Origin: an uncultured Deinococcales bacterium
GTDB lineage: Bacteria > Deinococcota > Deinococci > Deinococcales > JAAFIG01
DNA: 25,485 nucleotides
Direction: 5' to 3'
NCBI GenBank assembly: GCA_964244895.1
Contig: CAXTKV010000054.1
Location: 1-25,485, forward strand
The translations under genes and the position numbers were made by a program. Shown here in pieces: positions 1 through 8,123 of this stretch (its first letter is position 1; each line of letters opens with the position of its first letter). The notes under the pieces were generated by a model, which worked only from the letters and a program-made list of their open reading frames with translations, did no database searches and was not told the DNA's origin.

Positions 1-560
1 TTGACTCCGCCCATCTTTTCGAAGTTCGCGCGCAGCGTCTCGAGCGGTTCGGTCGGTATCGACTGCGGATCGCCGGGCAATGTTCCCGCAAAAACCTCGA
101 GCGCGTCCGGGTAGCCGTCACCGTCGCTGTCGGCCTCGAGCTTGATTCCGCCAGCTTCGAGCCCCGTGTCGTACTTTTTCAGGAGGGCATCGAGTTTCTC
201 GGTCGGTTTTGAATCGCGGCTGGCGAGGTCCGTCCCCGCCATGCGTTCGATCGCGTCCGGATAGCCGTCGCGGTCGGTGTCACCGCCGTACCGGAGCACC
301 GAGTAAATGGCCTGTCCCACGTCCTGCTTCTTGGCGCGCCACGATCCCACGGCCAGCCCGAAGGCGTTCCACGGCGCGTCCCCGGTCGGTTTGACGTGGC
401 AGAGCTGACAGCCGGATTGCGCCAGCACCGTGCTGGGTCTGGACTGGTAATCGAGTTGCGTCGCGGCCAGGCTCAAAAAGCCCGACCTCGCGCCAGCCGT
501 CACCAGACAACTCGAGCCCGCCACGGCGACCATCGCCAGCAGCGCACTGAATGGCCTCAC
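1..560 (-). CDS. Secreted c-type heme (CxxCH) protein with two DxDxDG / bacterial TSP3-like Ca-binding repeats; runs off the window (3' truncated)
   Basis: Manual translation from GTG 560 (absent from the ORF track because there is no stop): MRPFSALLAMVAVAGSSCLVTAGA(signal-like)...SGCQLCHVKPTGDAPWNAFG...DTDRDGYPDAIERMAGT...DSDGDGYPDALEVFAGTLPGDPQS. CQLCH is encoded at 410-396. Confidence 0.8.
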   Translation of the reverse strand, partial: MRPFSALLAMVAVAGSSCLVTAGARSGFLSLAATQLDYQSRPSTVLAQSGCQLCHVKPTGDAPWNAFGLAVGSWRAKKQDVGQAIYSVLRYGGDTDRDGYPDAIERMAGTDLASRDSKPTEKLDALLKKYDTGLEAGGIKLEADSDGDGYPDALEVFAGTLPGDPQSIPTEPLETLRANFEKMGGV

Positions 561-574
561 GATTCCACCGCACA

Positions 575-627
575 GAGAACACCGTTTAGCGCGCGTCTCG
601 AGAATCGCGTTCCGCACGGTGCTCTGT
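575..627. repeat. Degenerate REP-like palindrome doublet
   Basis: GAGAACACCGTTTAGCGCG...CTCGAG...CGCGTTCCGCACGGTGCTCTG; resembles the family consensus AACACCGTCCNGSACGGTGTT. Confidence 0.6.
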
Positions 628-654
628 TATCTGACCACTGAACTTTGACTGTCT

Positions 655-2772
655 TCACATCCCCTTAGAGACCTCTGGGGTCATGTTCGGTTCCCGCAAG
701 AAGATGTTGAAGGCCAGCACCGGAGCGTAGGTCTCGAGCGCGGCCACGAAAGACCCGTCTGGCGCGTACTTGCGGATCAGGTGACCGCCGCGCCGGGAGG
801 CGTACACGAAGCTTTGATGGTCGATACCGATGTCCAGGATCGCGGTCGTGTCCTCGCCGTGCAGGGGTTCGATCACGAAGGTCTGGCCCTGCTTGCCGTC
901 GGGTTTGATGGTACGGATCTTGGCGGATGAACCATCACTCACGTAGAGCGTGCCGTTGGAATCGACGCCCACACCGTCCAGCACGCGCAGTTCTTCGGAA
1001 TCCTGGCGCAAGCGGAACGAATACTTGTTCAAGAATTCGCCGTCCGTGGTGAAGCGCTGAATCTGGCGGTTGCCGTAATCGAGCACGTAGACGAATCGGT
1101 CGTGGCCCGCGATCAGGGCGCGCGGATCGTCGAAGCTACCGCGGCCCTTGCCGCGCCCACCGAACTTGCCCAGGTATTCGCCCTGAGCCGAGAAGCGCTG
1201 GATCATGAAGGTTTCGGAATCCAGGATGTAAACCTGCCCGAACGGGCTGACGGTGATCGCGGCGGGGTACAGCAACTCGCCGGGTTTCATGCCGTAAGAC
1301 CCGAAGCTCATGATTTCCGTGCCGTCCGAGCGCAGCTTGCGGATCATGTTCGGTACGGCCTCGCCGCTGCGGTACTCGAAGATCGCGGCGTACATGTTGA
1401 GATCCTTGTCGGACGCGATGGCGACCGGCGCGGCGGGCAGTTTGTCCGGCCCCTGCCCGATCTGTCCCAAGGATCGCTCGAGGTTGCCGCGCATGTCCAG
1501 AATCCGGATCGGGCCTTTTCTCGAGTTGAGGCTCAACACGATCTGCGCGGGCGAATCCAGGCTGGTGGCGGCCTCGAACAGTCCGGCATCGATGGCTTCG
1601 ATGACTTCGGTCAGGGTCGGGCGCTTGTCGGGGTCTTTCTCGATCATGCGCATGATCAGATCGTTCAGGGTCTGGCCGACCTCGAGGTTGATCTGGCGCG
1701 GCGGTGGCGGCGTCTGGAAGATCTGTTGCTGCACGACCGCGTCGTACACGCCCTTGAAAGCGGTGGTTCCGGTGACCATCTCGTAGAACACCAGTCCCAG
1801 GCTGTAAATGTCGGATCGGTGGTCTATTTTCAGACCCCTGGCCTGTTCCGGGCTCATGTAGACGGGCGTGCCGACCCGAGCACCCGTCATGGTCAAACGC
1901 GTCAAGACCTTGCCTGCCGCGATGCCGAAGTCCATCAGCTTGACGCCGTCCGAGGCGACTCGAGGTTCGGGATGCATGGTCAGCGCACCCCGGACGATCA
2001 TGATGTTGCCCGGCTTGATGTCGCGGTGAATGATGCCTTGCTTGTGAATGTAGCGAAGCGCATCGGCGGTCAGTTTCAGGACTTCGACGCTGTGCTGGAT
2101 GGTCAATCGGCGCGATTCGATCAGTTGCTCCAGCGAATCGCCCTCGATCAATTCCATCGAGATGTAGTGGGTCGTGCCCTCGTTGGCGTGCTCGAAAACC
2201 TTGATGATGTTCGCGTGGTTGAGCCGCATCAGCACTTCGGCTTCGCGGTGGAAGCGGCGCACGAACTTGGCGTCGGCCACGAACTTTTCCTGGGGGATCT
2301 TGAGCGCCACGACCTTGTTGTCGTCGCGGCGGATGGCGCGGAAGACGGTCGCCATGCCGCCGATCCCGACCCGATCCTGCACCTCGTAGCGCGACAGCAC
2401 GCCGCCGTCGTCGCCGGTCTTGACCTTGCCGTTTTTGGTGGTCTTGCCCTTCTGCGCGCCCCGGAATCCGGCCAGGGTCGGGGTTCGCGAGACTTTCCCG
2501 ACGCCCTTGCGCGGTGGCCCCTTGCGGGCTCGCCTGACGCCGAGTGGCACCAGCGAGGAAGTCAAAATGAGCGCGGAAATCACCAACGACGCCAGTGCGC
2601 GCTGCGGTTGGTTCTGGTTGAGCTGATCGATGGTGGTCGAACCCAGCAACCACTGGTAGATCGCCAGCAGCACGCCCGACCCACCGATGCCGAGCGCGAG
2701 CACGCCGAGCGGAACCCGGCTGAAGGCCAGGATCGCCACGACCAGCAGCAGCGCCAGCACGATGAAGGTCAC
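655..2772 (-). CDS. Hanks-type Ser/Thr protein kinase with N-terminal membrane anchor and C-terminal NHL-repeat beta-propeller
   Basis: Kinase motifs GIGGMATV, VALK, HRDIKPGN, DFG, GTPVYMSPEQ, DIYSLG. Three hydrophobic N-terminal segments. NHL-like repeats, e.g. FGSYGMKPGELLYPAAITV and FGGRGKGRGSFDDPRAL. Confidence 0.95.
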   Translation of the reverse strand: MTFIVLALLLVVAILAFSRVPLGVLALGIGGSGVLLAIYQWLLGSTTIDQLNQNQPQRALASLVISALILTSSLVPLGVRRARKGPPRKGVGKVSRTPTLAGFRGAQKGKTTKNGKVKTGDDGGVLSRYEVQDRVGIGGMATVFRAIRRDDNKVVALKIPQEKFVADAKFVRRFHREAEVLMRLNHANIIKVFEHANEGTTHYISMELIEGDSLEQLIESRRLTIQHSVEVLKLTADALRYIHKQGIIHRDIKPGNIMIVRGALTMHPEPRVASDGVKLMDFGIAAGKVLTRLTMTGARVGTPVYMSPEQARGLKIDHRSDIYSLGLVFYEMVTGTTAFKGVYDAVVQQQIFQTPPPPRQINLEVGQTLNDLIMRMIEKDPDKRPTLTEVIEAIDAGLFEAATSLDSPAQIVLSLNSRKGPIRILDMRGNLERSLGQIGQGPDKLPAAPVAIASDKDLNMYAAIFEYRSGEAVPNMIRKLRSDGTEIMSFGSYGMKPGELLYPAAITVSPFGQVYILDSETFMIQRFSAQGEYLGKFGGRGKGRGSFDDPRALIAGHDRFVYVLDYGNRQIQRFTTDGEFLNKYSFRLRQDSEELRVLDGVGVDSNGTLYVSDGSSAKIRTIKPDGKQGQTFVIEPLHGEDTTAILDIGIDHQSFVYASRRGGHLIRKYAPDGSFVAALETYAPVLAFNIFLREPNMTPEVSKGM

Positions 2773-2804
2773 GCCGCACCCCCGACGCGCGGCACATCAG
2801 GCAC

Positions 2805-2852
2805 GAACACCGTCCAGCACAGTGTTCTCGAGATAGCGTCCTGGACGATGTT
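2805..2852. repeat. REP-like palindrome doublet
   Basis: GAACACCGTCCAGCACAGTGTT-CTCGAG-ATAGCGTCCTGGACGATGTT, between the phosphatase and the kinase. Confidence 0.8.
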
Positions 2853-2881
2853 GCCATGCCCAGGACCCCAGAGAACGCGGC

Positions 2882-3655
2882 TCACGTGCCCACCTGCGCG
2901 ACCACGCCGGTGATGTTGTCCGGCCCGCCCCTGGAGTTGGCCAGGCCGATCCAGTATTCGATCGCGGATTGCAAGCTGGACGCGCGCTCGAGTTCGGCGG
3001 CGAACTCGTAATCGCGCACCAGACCGTGAAGCCCGTCGCTCGAGAGGATCAGCGTGTCGCCCGGTTGGGTCTGCACGACCTTCAATTCCGGTTCGACGCT
3101 CGGACGCGTGCCCAGGGCGCGCATCAAAAGGTTGCGGTAATCGTGGTTCTCGGCGGCCTCGCGGGTCAGGAAGCCCTTCTCGATCTGATCCTCGACCCAA
3201 CTGTGGTCGCGCGTCAATTGCTTGATCTGGCCCTTGCGGAGCATGTACGCCCGCGAATCGCCGACGTGCCCGAGCGTCAGGTCCTTGCCGTGCAAAAGCG
3301 CCACGGTCAAGGTCGTGCCCATGCCCTCGCGCTCCGGGAATTCCAGGGCCATGCGGTAAATCTGGCGGTTGGCGGACAGGATGGACTTTTCCAGGGCTTT
3401 ATCGAGCGGAATGGCGGCCCGCCCGCCCGAGATGAAATCGGTGTAATCCCCGATGGCTTTGGTGATCGTGTCGATGGCAATTTTCGAGGCGTACTCTCCG
3501 GCGGCAGCCCCACCCATGCCGTCGGCGACCGCCAAAAACACCAGCGGCCCCGTCGGCGTCGAGTAGGTCTTGACGCGGTGGTAATCCTCGTTGGTTTCGC
3601 GCACCCGGCCTGGACTCGAACCGTGACCGAAACTGACGCCCGTTCGTACCTGCAA
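2882..3655 (-). CDS. PP2C/PPM-family Ser/Thr phosphatase (PrpC/Stp1-like)
   Basis: Motifs GRVRETNED, VADGMGG, MGTT, HVGDSRAY, LTRDHS, SSDGL, GGPDNIT. TTG start preceded by GAGGTG. Confidence 0.95.
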   Translation of the reverse strand: MQVRTGVSFGHGSSPGRVRETNEDYHRVKTYSTPTGPLVFLAVADGMGGAAAGEYASKIAIDTITKAIGDYTDFISGGRAAIPLDKALEKSILSANRQIYRMALEFPEREGMGTTLTVALLHGKDLTLGHVGDSRAYMLRKGQIKQLTRDHSWVEDQIEKGFLTREAAENHDYRNLLMRALGTRPSVEPELKVVQTQPGDTLILSSDGLHGLVRDYEFAAELERASSLQSAIEYWIGLANSRGGPDNITGVVAQVGT

Positions 3656-3712
3656 AATGCACCTCGAGAGCGCGAAATCTGGTGTGGAACTTCCCCGGAT
3701 AAGAGCAACGCG

Positions 3713-3718
3713 ATTCTA
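3713..3718 (-). promoter_or_regulatory. Putative -10 box for the phosphatase-kinase operon
   Basis: TAGAAT on the minus strand about 57 nt upstream of the PP2C start. Confidence 0.45.
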
Positions 3719-3809
3719 GCACCCGTCCTTTGGGCTTCCCGGTTCGATCGACACACGGGACGCTCAGAGAGCGTCACAGACGCCGATTCAGCCGCGAGGA
3801 TGGTGCAGG

Positions 3810-3837
3810 AAGACCGCCTCGGACGGTGTTTCTCGAG
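3810..3837. repeat. REP-like palindrome (single, degenerate) plus CTCGAG
   Basis: AAGACCGCCTCGGACGGTGTTTCTCGAG. Confidence 0.6.
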
Positions 3838-3956
3838 ATACAAAAGTTGCGTGCTGAACGGTCTTCCCTGCCGACGCACGACTCCGGATCGTTCCGCCGA
3901 GCCCGAAGACCCGCGCGCTTCGGTCATTCGCACGGCCAGAACCCCAGCCCAGCACC

Positions 3957-3962
3957 TATACT
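3957..3962 (+). promoter_or_regulatory. -10 box of a leaderless transcript
   Basis: TATACT 7 nt before ATG 3970, with no SD sequence. Confidence 0.65.
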
Positions 3963-3969
3963 CGAGCCG

Positions 3970-5886
3970 ATGAACGCCGTTCCGTGGGTCGCGCTGGTCG
4001 AACTCTACGAGTACAAGGTCGCGGACATGCTTTCCGAACGCGAACCGCGCGGCGGCAAACGGTCCCTGCGCGACCTGCGCTCGAGCCTGATGACGGCACC
4101 GTTATCGGGTCAGATTCTGAAACGGTTCCGCGTGGCGGATCGCGCCCTGCGCGAGTTGACGCACGGCCCGAGCGAGGTCACGAACAACGCCACGCTGACC
4201 GCGCAATCCCTGGAAGTCAACCTCTCGCCGAGCTTGCAACTGACCGCCACCAGCCTGAGCGGGGAAGCCGACGCGCCCGAAACCCCAATCGACGAGGAAG
4301 GCCAGGCGCTCCAGACGCTGGCCGACGCCGCCTGGCGCGCGGATTTCGATGACGACCTGCGCGCCCAGGTCGGGCGTCTGCGTTCGGAACAGAACCGCGT
4401 CACGGCCAGAATCCTCTACGCGACCATGCACAACCTGGATCAGTACGCGGAATCCGATGATTTCGCGACCGATCTGAACCTGGCCAAGTTCCGAACGATC
4501 TCGAAGGTGTCCGCCGTCGATGACCCGCTGGCGAGCTTCAACGACCCTGAGGTCGTGCAGAACCTGATCGAAGATGTCGGGACGCGCATCGTGGAGTTCA
4601 AACGCCTCTACCCGAAACTGCAACTCGGTGAGACCGAAGCGCTGTCCTACCTGCGGCGCTTCGCGCTGGCCGTGGCCGAAGATCCGAACGCGGGCGAGGT
4701 GCCGCCCAGCCTGGGGCCGTCGTCTCGAGAGATCAACGACGCGATCGAATCCGCGCGCCGCGAGCAGTTATCACCGGATGCCAAACGCAGCCTGCTGGAT
4801 CGCTTGAACGCCCAGTTGCAGGTGGCGGCCACCCGCGAACGCGATTTCGTGCGAAACCAGCAAGAGGAACGCAAGGCGCTCAAGACCGCCATCGACGGGA
4901 TTTTTGCGTGGCTCTCCGAGCGCGTACCCGGACGTTTCGGCGGGCGCGGCAAGGGCGCGATGGCGCAAACCCAGGTGCTGAACGCGATCAACGAAACCCG
5001 CAAGCTCGAGCAACCCGCCAAGGGCGCGACCGAGATCGCCTTGCGCTTGACCCGACCGGACGGCGTCAACCTGAGCGGCGCGCAGGTCGGCTGGCGTCAC
5101 GCGCCGGAAGGTTGGGTGATCGAGTTCGCCGGAGCCGAATACCCGTTGCGCAACGGCACGCGCATCCCCGCCGAAAACCGCGAGATTCGCGTCTACACCA
5201 CCGGCGGGGCCAATCCCTACGTGCTCTTGCAATCGCGCACGCGCGAGAGCGGCAGCAGCAGCCTGTGGAGCCTGTTGACCCTGACCAAGTGCATCGCGGC
5301 GCTGCTGGAACCGCAATTCGATTTCCTGCACCTGCGCCTGGCGCGCGCGACCGTCGGTTGGTTGCGCGACAGGCGCGTCAGCGCCGACCAGCACAGCCCC
5401 GAATCCGCCGAACGTTACGCTCAGGCTGCGGATGACACGCTGACCTCTTTCGCGCGCAGCGGCGCTGAAAAACTGTTGGAACGTTTTGCGCGCACCAAGG
5501 AACCCGACATCATCGAACGCGCCTTCTGGGCCGCCGCCGAGGCGCTGGCCGAAGTCGAGGCGCTCGAGGCCGCCAAGTACCTGTGCGCCGTGTTCCGCGC
5601 CACCCAGGAATCGAAAGAACCGCCGCTGGTCGAAGGGCTCGAGATTCGCGCCCCCGGCGAGGTGATGCTGATCCCGTACCGTGGCGAACCCGTCACCCTG
5701 CGCGTCATGGGCCGCATCTTCACGGTGCGCACCGACAACCTCGGTCGCGTCTTCGCGCTCCTGCCCGGCGGTGGCGGGCACGTGCTCGAGGACGTGCTGC
5801 CGCAGATTCTGCCCGGCGGCTTCGCGCTCTTGGCGCGCGAGGGCATGCGCATCGCGATCAGCTTCACCACCAACCGCGTGACGTGA
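3970..5886 (+). CDS. Hypothetical protein (638 aa), helical/coiled-coil core with beta-rich segments
   Basis: Long ORF with host-like codon usage. Start revised from 3730 to ATG 3970 (MNAVPW...) because of the adjacent TATACT box. No catalytic motif recognised. Confidence 0.85.
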   Translation: MNAVPWVALVELYEYKVADMLSEREPRGGKRSLRDLRSSLMTAPLSGQILKRFRVADRALRELTHGPSEVTNNATLTAQSLEVNLSPSLQLTATSLSGEADAPETPIDEEGQALQTLADAAWRADFDDDLRAQVGRLRSEQNRVTARILYATMHNLDQYAESDDFATDLNLAKFRTISKVSAVDDPLASFNDPEVVQNLIEDVGTRIVEFKRLYPKLQLGETEALSYLRRFALAVAEDPNAGEVPPSLGPSSREINDAIESARREQLSPDAKRSLLDRLNAQLQVAATRERDFVRNQQEERKALKTAIDGIFAWLSERVPGRFGGRGKGAMAQTQVLNAINETRKLEQPAKGATEIALRLTRPDGVNLSGAQVGWRHAPEGWVIEFAGAEYPLRNGTRIPAENREIRVYTTGGANPYVLLQSRTRESGSSSLWSLLTLTKCIAALLEPQFDFLHLRLARATVGWLRDRRVSADQHSPESAERYAQAADDTLTSFARSGAEKLLERFARTKEPDIIERAFWAAAEALAEVEALEAAKYLCAVFRATQESKEPPLVEGLEIRAPGEVMLIPYRGEPVTLRVMGRIFTVRTDNLGRVFALLPGGGGHVLEDVLPQILPGGFALLAREGMRIAISFTTNRVT

Positions 5887-6347
5887 AGACCGGTCGGGCG
5901 TCAGGGCTCAGAAGTCAGAGGGAACCTCAGTCGGGAGACGAGCGGGAGGCTTTGAAGCCCGAGACGCGTCAAGGCGGACCCGAGGTTGCGCTTTCGTGGA
6001 ACCAAATCCTGGCGATGCACGGATCTCGGCGCGGCATTCGGGTCACGCCGGAACACGCGAGTTTGCTGCTGGACTTCGGACTCTCGAGCTACGTCAATCG
6101 CCGCCACGACGGACGCATCACCTACGAGGGCGAGGGCAAACGCGGCGATCAAACGCCATCGGGAGGCAACGCGGGATTGCTCGCGTGCTTCGATACGGGA
6201 CGGAGCTTGCGCGTCTTCGAGCGCACCCGACCGGGCGTGTGGTTCGAGCGTGGATTGCATCGGATAACGGGCGTCCAGTACGTCTGGCGCGAATCCGAAC
6301 GCCGCCGCGTCTTCGAGTTCGTGCTCGAGCCTGCGGAATCGGCGTGA
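5883..6347 (+). CDS. Stand-alone SRA/YDG-like domain protein
   Basis: 3' part of ORF 5583-6347. Motif ITYEGEGKRGDQTPSGGNAGLL...LRVF...FEFVL resembles the SRA signature YTGEG..GDQ....GN.AL. GTG 5883 overlaps the upstream TGA (GTGA); TTG 5952 is an alternative start. Confidence 0.65.
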   Translation: MKTGRASGLRSQREPQSGDEREALKPETRQGGPEVALSWNQILAMHGSRRGIRVTPEHASLLLDFGLSSYVNRRHDGRITYEGEGKRGDQTPSGGNAGLLACFDTGRSLRVFERTRPGVWFERGLHRITGVQYVWRESERRRVFEFVLEPAESA

Positions 6348-6384
6348 GTGTGCGAGGCCGATCCAGGAATCCCGAGTTCAGCAG

Positions 6385-6438
6385 GAACGACCGTGCCGGA
6401 CGTTGCGCGCATATCCAGCACCCTTCTGGACGGTGTTT
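6385..6438. repeat. Degenerate REP-like doublet
   Basis: GAACGACCGTGCCGGACGTT...AGCACCCTTCTGGACGGTGTTT. Confidence 0.55.
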
Positions 6439-6449
6439 ATTGATGCGCG

Positions 6450-6607
6450 AAAGTTTCACCCCCGCCGGGGAAAGCGGGGGCGCAGGGAGGTAACACACGC
6501 GAATCACGCTTCTGGTCGATACCGCCGGGCGCTCACTCCGGCGACCATTGTGACCCTGGCGCGAAGCCGTGCCCCATCAAATTAGTCCAGGTTCCGCACT
6601 CATACTG
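6450..6607 (-). ncRNA. Candidate structured RNA (rod-like), class unknown
   Basis: Minus-strand TAAACT at 6619-6614. Nested pairings GCAC/GTGT, CGCG/CGCG, GGTCAC/GTGATT, TGGT/ACCA, CGCCGG/CCGGCG. Ends in a GC hairpin at 6459-6480. Strand and boundaries are uncertain. Confidence 0.3.
6459..6480. terminator. GC-rich hairpin, possible terminator
   Basis: CCCCCGC-cggggaaa-GCGGGGG; only a weak U-tract (TGAAACTTT) on the minus strand. Confidence 0.4.
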
Positions 6608-6628
6608 GAATGAAGTTTATCTTTCAGG

Positions 6629-6651
6629 GAACACCGTCCTGGACGGTATTT
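6629..6651. repeat. REP-like palindrome
   Basis: GAACACCGTCCTGGACGGTATTT. Confidence 0.8.
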
Positions 6652-6710
6652 TTGGACGGTCAAAATCCGTCTGCGCCATTTCGCTCATGCAGCCGCACGC
6701 GGACTTCGTG

Positions 6711-6716
6711 TACACT
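6711..6716 (+). promoter_or_regulatory. -10 box for the leader ORF / RIO kinase transcript
   Basis: TACACT, followed by GAAAGAGAGGTGA (SD) and ATG 6752. Confidence 0.55.
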
Positions 6717-6751
6717 CACGGCATTCACACCGAAAGAGAGGTGATGTGCGT

Positions 6752-6874
6752 ATGACCAACTTTGTCGCTGTCTTCCAGATCGGCCCCGAGAACCTGAGCC
6801 TCGAGACCCTAAGGAGTCACAACCTTGCTGTCACGCGCACGCACCACCACCTTCCGGCGTTTTTCAACTCTTAA
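6752..6874 (+). CDS. 40-aa small ORF / putative leader peptide upstream of the RIO kinase
   Basis: Strong SD GAGGTGA 7 nt before ATG. Translation MTNFVAVFQIGPENLSLETLRSHNLAVTRTHHHLPAFFNS*. Below the ORF-track length cutoff. Confidence 0.55.
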   Translation: MTNFVAVFQIGPENLSLETLRSHNLAVTRTHHHLPAFFNS

Positions 6875-6910
6875 AACTCAATCGCCCGAATCCAAGCTCG
6901 AGGTTCGCCC

Positions 6911-7882
6911 ATGAGCGGCCACGAATGGCGTGACCTCGAAGCGGACGCGTTGGAGGATTTCGGGGCGGACATCGATGATCTCGACGATCTCGGGTCGCCG
7001 CAGATCGAGCGCTTCGAGGATCGCGCGCACCGCATCTCGGGTCGAAAGCCCGCCCGCAGGCGCAGCGTCAAGGCGCTCCTGGCCGAAAACCAGGAGCACT
7101 ACGACCCGCTGGACAACACGAAATTTGCCGATCCGGGCCTGGAAGATCTATTCGAGCGAACCCTGATCACGGACGTGCTGTGGGAGCTCAAATCCGGCAA
7201 GGAAGCGACCGTCTACGTCTGCTCGAGCGACCACGCATTAAACGGCCTGGCCGCCGCGAAGCTGTACATCGATTCCAGGGTTCGCAGCTTCAAGGATGAC
7301 AGCCTTTACCGTCAGGGACGCTTCCTCGACGATAAACGCCTTCAAAAAGCCATCGATCACGGTTCGCGCACCGGCATGGACGCGCGGAATTACTTGTGGG
7401 TTTCAGAAGAATTCGGGCAACTGTCCGCGCTGCACGCGGCGGGCGTTCCAACGCCCAAACCCCTGGCGCGAAGCGAGGTCGGCGGAATCATTTTGATGGA
7501 GTTCATCGGCAGCGACAACGAGGCCGCGCCGCGCGTGGCCGACGCGAAACTGACCCGCGCCGAGGCCGAGGACGCCTTCGCTCAGGCCGTGCAGGCCTAC
7601 GGGCTGATCCTGTCCACCGGACGCGTCCACGGCGATTACAGCACCTTCAATTTGCTGTGGTGGCAGGGTCGCGTGATCGTGATCGACTTCCCGCAGGTCG
7701 TGATGATCAACGACAACCCAGCCGCCAGGGAAATCCTCGAGCGGGACATCGTGGGTTTGTGCCGCACCTTCGCGCATTTCGGAATCAAACGCGATCCGGC
7801 CAGCGTGCTGAGCGACGCGCAACGGATCGCCCGGAGCGCATCGAAACGCACGCTGACCGAGCAGCAGGAGGCCGTGCTTTGA
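6911..7882 (+). CDS. RIO1-family atypical protein kinase/ATPase
   Basis: LKSGKEATVY, AAKLY, LMEFIG, VHGDYSTFNLL, IDFPQ; acidic N-terminal extension; SD GAGG. Confidence 0.92.
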   Translation: MSGHEWRDLEADALEDFGADIDDLDDLGSPQIERFEDRAHRISGRKPARRRSVKALLAENQEHYDPLDNTKFADPGLEDLFERTLITDVLWELKSGKEATVYVCSSDHALNGLAAAKLYIDSRVRSFKDDSLYRQGRFLDDKRLQKAIDHGSRTGMDARNYLWVSEEFGQLSALHAAGVPTPKPLARSEVGGIILMEFIGSDNEAAPRVADAKLTRAEAEDAFAQAVQAYGLILSTGRVHGDYSTFNLLWWQGRVIVIDFPQVVMINDNPAAREILERDIVGLCRTFAHFGIKRDPASVLSDAQRIARSASKRTLTEQQEAVL

Positions 7883-7983
7883 CCCATCCTCGAGAACACG
7901 AGCGCAACGCGGTCTTCCCGAAGGCAGCCGAGACCATCCTGGGCGAGCCCCAAATCGCGCGGTTCAACAATTCCTCGGCGCGA

Positions 7984-8031
7984 GAACACCGTCCGGGACG
8001 CATTCCCTAAATAGCGTCCTGGACGGTGTTC
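7984..8031. repeat. REPIN-like inverted doublet (18-bp arms)
   Basis: GAACACCGTCCGGGACGC-attccctaaata-GCGTCCTGGACGGTGTTC. Confidence 0.9.
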
Positions 8032-8123
8032 GTGCGCCGCACGATCAAAGCCCGCACCTGATCGCGCCCTTGAAAACCCGCCAAAGAGAACCTTCGAGTC
8101 ACTTTTTTGAAATGGAGCACACC

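Noticed and set aside
280..582. 100-aa minus-strand ORF
   Set aside because: Wrong frame; the open frame from GTG 560 carries the CxxCH motif and the DxDxDG repeats.
1102..2913. Long overlapping ORFs (603 aa + and 573 aa -) and similar ones such as 23212-24693, 4771-5781 and 2969-3973
   Set aside because: These are shadow or alternative-frame ORFs of motif-bearing genes, expected at high GC; their composition is Arg/Ala/Gly-rich or antisense-like.
3730..3969. N-terminal extensions in the ORF track (3730, 8070, 8417, 9586, 10732, 14524, 15273, 17996)
   Set aside because: They run through repeats, upstream genes or the candidate ncRNA. Downstream starts have an SD, a -10 box or stop-start overlap support.
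6440..6625. Known riboswitch (TPP, cobalamin) or SRP RNA
   Set aside because: Only fragments such as GAACCTG or CCCCCGC resemble them; the required conserved cores are missing.
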